DNA of 64,000 nt from Convolutriloba macropyga (Eukaryota), in assembly GCF_964194025.1 (NCBI RefSeq), contig NC_134476.1, forward strand, positions 4,092,001 to 4,156,000. The letters run 5' to 3'. Each line of letters begins with the position of its first letter. Within the stretch, counting starts at the first letter, position 1. The position numbers and the translations under genes are program-made. Under the pieces are notes generated by a model. It had not been told where the DNA came from. It worked only from the letters and a program-made list of their open reading frames with translations, and did not search any database. This document shows, in pieces, positions 62,477 to 64,000 of this stretch.

Positions 62477-63162
62477 ATAAAGTCATTCTCACAAACGATA
62501 GGATCTTCATGGCGGTTGTAGGCCCAAGTGGTTCTGGGAAAACTGACCTCATATTCAGCATGCTGCAAGGTCGGTCCTTCTACCCAGCATTTCCCAAAAT
62601 TTATTACTTCTACAAAGAGTTCCAGGACATATTTACAGCTATGCAACAAAAAATACCGCACATTGAGTTCATCAAGTATTCCGGATTGGATATAACGAAA
62701 AAGCTTTCGGACTGTCTGCTCGTTTATGATGACTCATGCGAGGAAATCTTTAACGACAAAGAGTTTGTGAAGATAGCAACGTCAGGAAGACACAGAAAAC
62801 TTCATGTGATCTACGTCAAACACAACCTATTCCAACAGAGTAAATGGTCGCGAACAATTGATCTAAACACAACTCATATAGTTTTATTCAAATCATTGCG
62901 TGACATTCAACAAATAGAATACCTCGGAAAACAGTTAAACTGTCTCCAATTACTCAAGGACGCATACAAATTAGCAACAGCTCAACCCTATGGACATTTG
63001 ATCATTGACCTGGATCCTAAAACAAGTCAAGGCTTACGATTTTCTTCTCAACTCATTGGTCCCGAACCATCAGTATTCTATATTCCTTCGGAGGAAGCTG
63101 TTATTACACCAATTACGAATGAAAAAGAGACATTTGCTTATGCTGAAGCGTTGGTGCGTTAA
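62473..63162 (+). CDS. A32/FtsK-like genome packaging ATPase
   Basis: Walker A GPSGSGKT, Walker B LLVYDD, GRH, downstream HNLF and PYGHLIIDL. Confidence 0.92.
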   Translation: MNKVILTNDRIFMAVVGPSGSGKTDLIFSMLQGRSFYPAFPKIYYFYKEFQDIFTAMQQKIPHIEFIKYSGLDITKKLSDCLLVYDDSCEEIFNDKEFVKIATSGRHRKLHVIYVKHNLFQQSKWSRTIDLNTTHIVLFKSLRDIQQIEYLGKQLNCLQLLKDAYKLATAQPYGHLIIDLDPKTSQGLRFSSQLIGPEPSVFYIPSEEAVITPITNEKETFAYAEALVR

Positions 63163-63436
63163 CAACAACCCCAAATCGAAAAGCAAGCGAATTTTCCTAG
63201 CCCAAGATATTGAATTCATTTGGTTCCTAAGCGATTGTGTAATGAACGTGCTCTCTGGTGTTGTCCCAATCAACAAGAAAGAACTACAACAATTCGAACC
63301 TCAACTACGACAACTTTCTGAAAAATATTTTAGTGCGCTGGAAAGAAGTAAATTATTCCAGACAACGAGAGGGCATTCTCTGATTCAACTAATTGCCAGA
63401 CCTTGTCTAGAGTATCTACAGAAAAATGCCAACTGA
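63140..63436 (+). CDS. Small helical Polinton protein (98 aa), function unknown
   Basis: ATG at 63140 overlaps the ATPase end; LSDCVMNVLSGVVPI resembles a motif I recall from small Polinton ORFs. Confidence 0.6.
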   Translation: MLKRWCVNNNPKSKSKRIFLAQDIEFIWFLSDCVMNVLSGVVPINKKELQQFEPQLRQLSEKYFSALERSKLFQTTRGHSLIQLIARPCLEYLQKNAN

Positions 63437-64000
63437 GGAATTTGTGCTCATTCCTCGCAACATGTTTACAACTGAACAACCCCAAGTTTCGCAAATATTA
63501 AACAATCCATTAACAAAAAACAAGTCGAAACAACTATCCCTTCTACAAAGAACTTCAAAACAAGAGCCATCAGAAGCGGTCATGCAGCAGAACACAGAGC
63601 AACAGACAGATGACGTCATGGTTTCCGATGAAGAAGAAAAGCAACAAAGTATCCCAGACAACACTAAACGGAAAGAGTTTGATGAAATCAGTCAGAGTGT
63701 GATCGATGATATAGATTTTCTCGATAAAGACAAATTTGGAAAAGCAAAAATAATTTTGAAGAAAATAAACGGATCACGCAACATTTCACTGGACTTTGAA
63801 GGTAAAATCCTGATTAATGGAAGGAACACCGACATTCCAGCATCAACTTTCCTCTACGCATTACAACAAACATCATCAAAACTTTTGCCTGACGATTATC
63901 AAGTATTGAATTATTTGAATCTTGCACCACATCTCACTTGTAATACTTACGCAAAGAAGTTCATCAAAATTCCGAAAGAGCAAAAACTGCGTCAGTTTCC
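63426..64000 (+). CDS. Polinton hypothetical protein, partial (MPTEEFVLIPR...)
   Basis: ATG overlaps the previous ORF's end; frame open to the window end; absent from the ORF track because it has no stop. Confidence 0.7.
   Translation, partial: MPTEEFVLIPRNMFTTEQPQVSQILNNPLTKNKSKQLSLLQRTSKQEPSEAVMQQNTEQQTDDVMVSDEEEKQQSIPDNTKRKEFDEISQSVIDDIDFLDKDKFGKAKIILKKINGSRNISLDFEGKILINGRNTDIPASTFLYALQQTSSKLLPDDYQVLNYLNLAPHLTCNTYAKKFIKIPKEQKLRQF

Larger units (their letters stand above)
61959..64000 (+). mobile_element. Second Polinton/Maverick, ATPase-proximal end, continuing past the window
   Basis: AGTAGTATA terminus plus G-run, followed by four tightly overlapping ORFs including a packaging ATPase. 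Confidence 0.85.

Overview
AT-rich eukaryotic (metazoan, invertebrate-like) genomic DNA, heavily loaded with transposons. Host genes: two small minus-strand genes of unknown function, a nearly intronless CEP83 (12960-17563, +), a complete six-exon cystathionine gamma-lyase CTH (20930-33465, +), and the last two exons of a DEG/ENaC (ASIC-like) channel (-). Mobile DNA: a decayed CR1/L2-type LINE; an Ingi/Vingi-like LINE with a 2A-like NPGP peptide and a PHD remnant; a tRNA-headed SINE; several MITEs; and at least four families of Helentron-type non-autonomous rolling-circle elements (HINEs). The HINEs nest in one another at fixed sites, all copies seen face the + strand, and one family carries a hypervariable tRNA-like cassette. 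From 50010 there is a Polinton/Maverick (adintovirus-like) provirus with an AGTAGT terminus, a 56-bp subterminal array, a pseudogenised pPolB, a protease, a major capsid protein, a basic core protein and an intact divergent ORF with HUH-endonuclease-like motifs. A BEL/Pao LTR retrotransposon interrupts it. After a 200-N gap, a second, different Polinton begins (terminus, membrane protein, packaging ATPase, two more ORFs). All calls come from motif recognition by eye; no searches were run.
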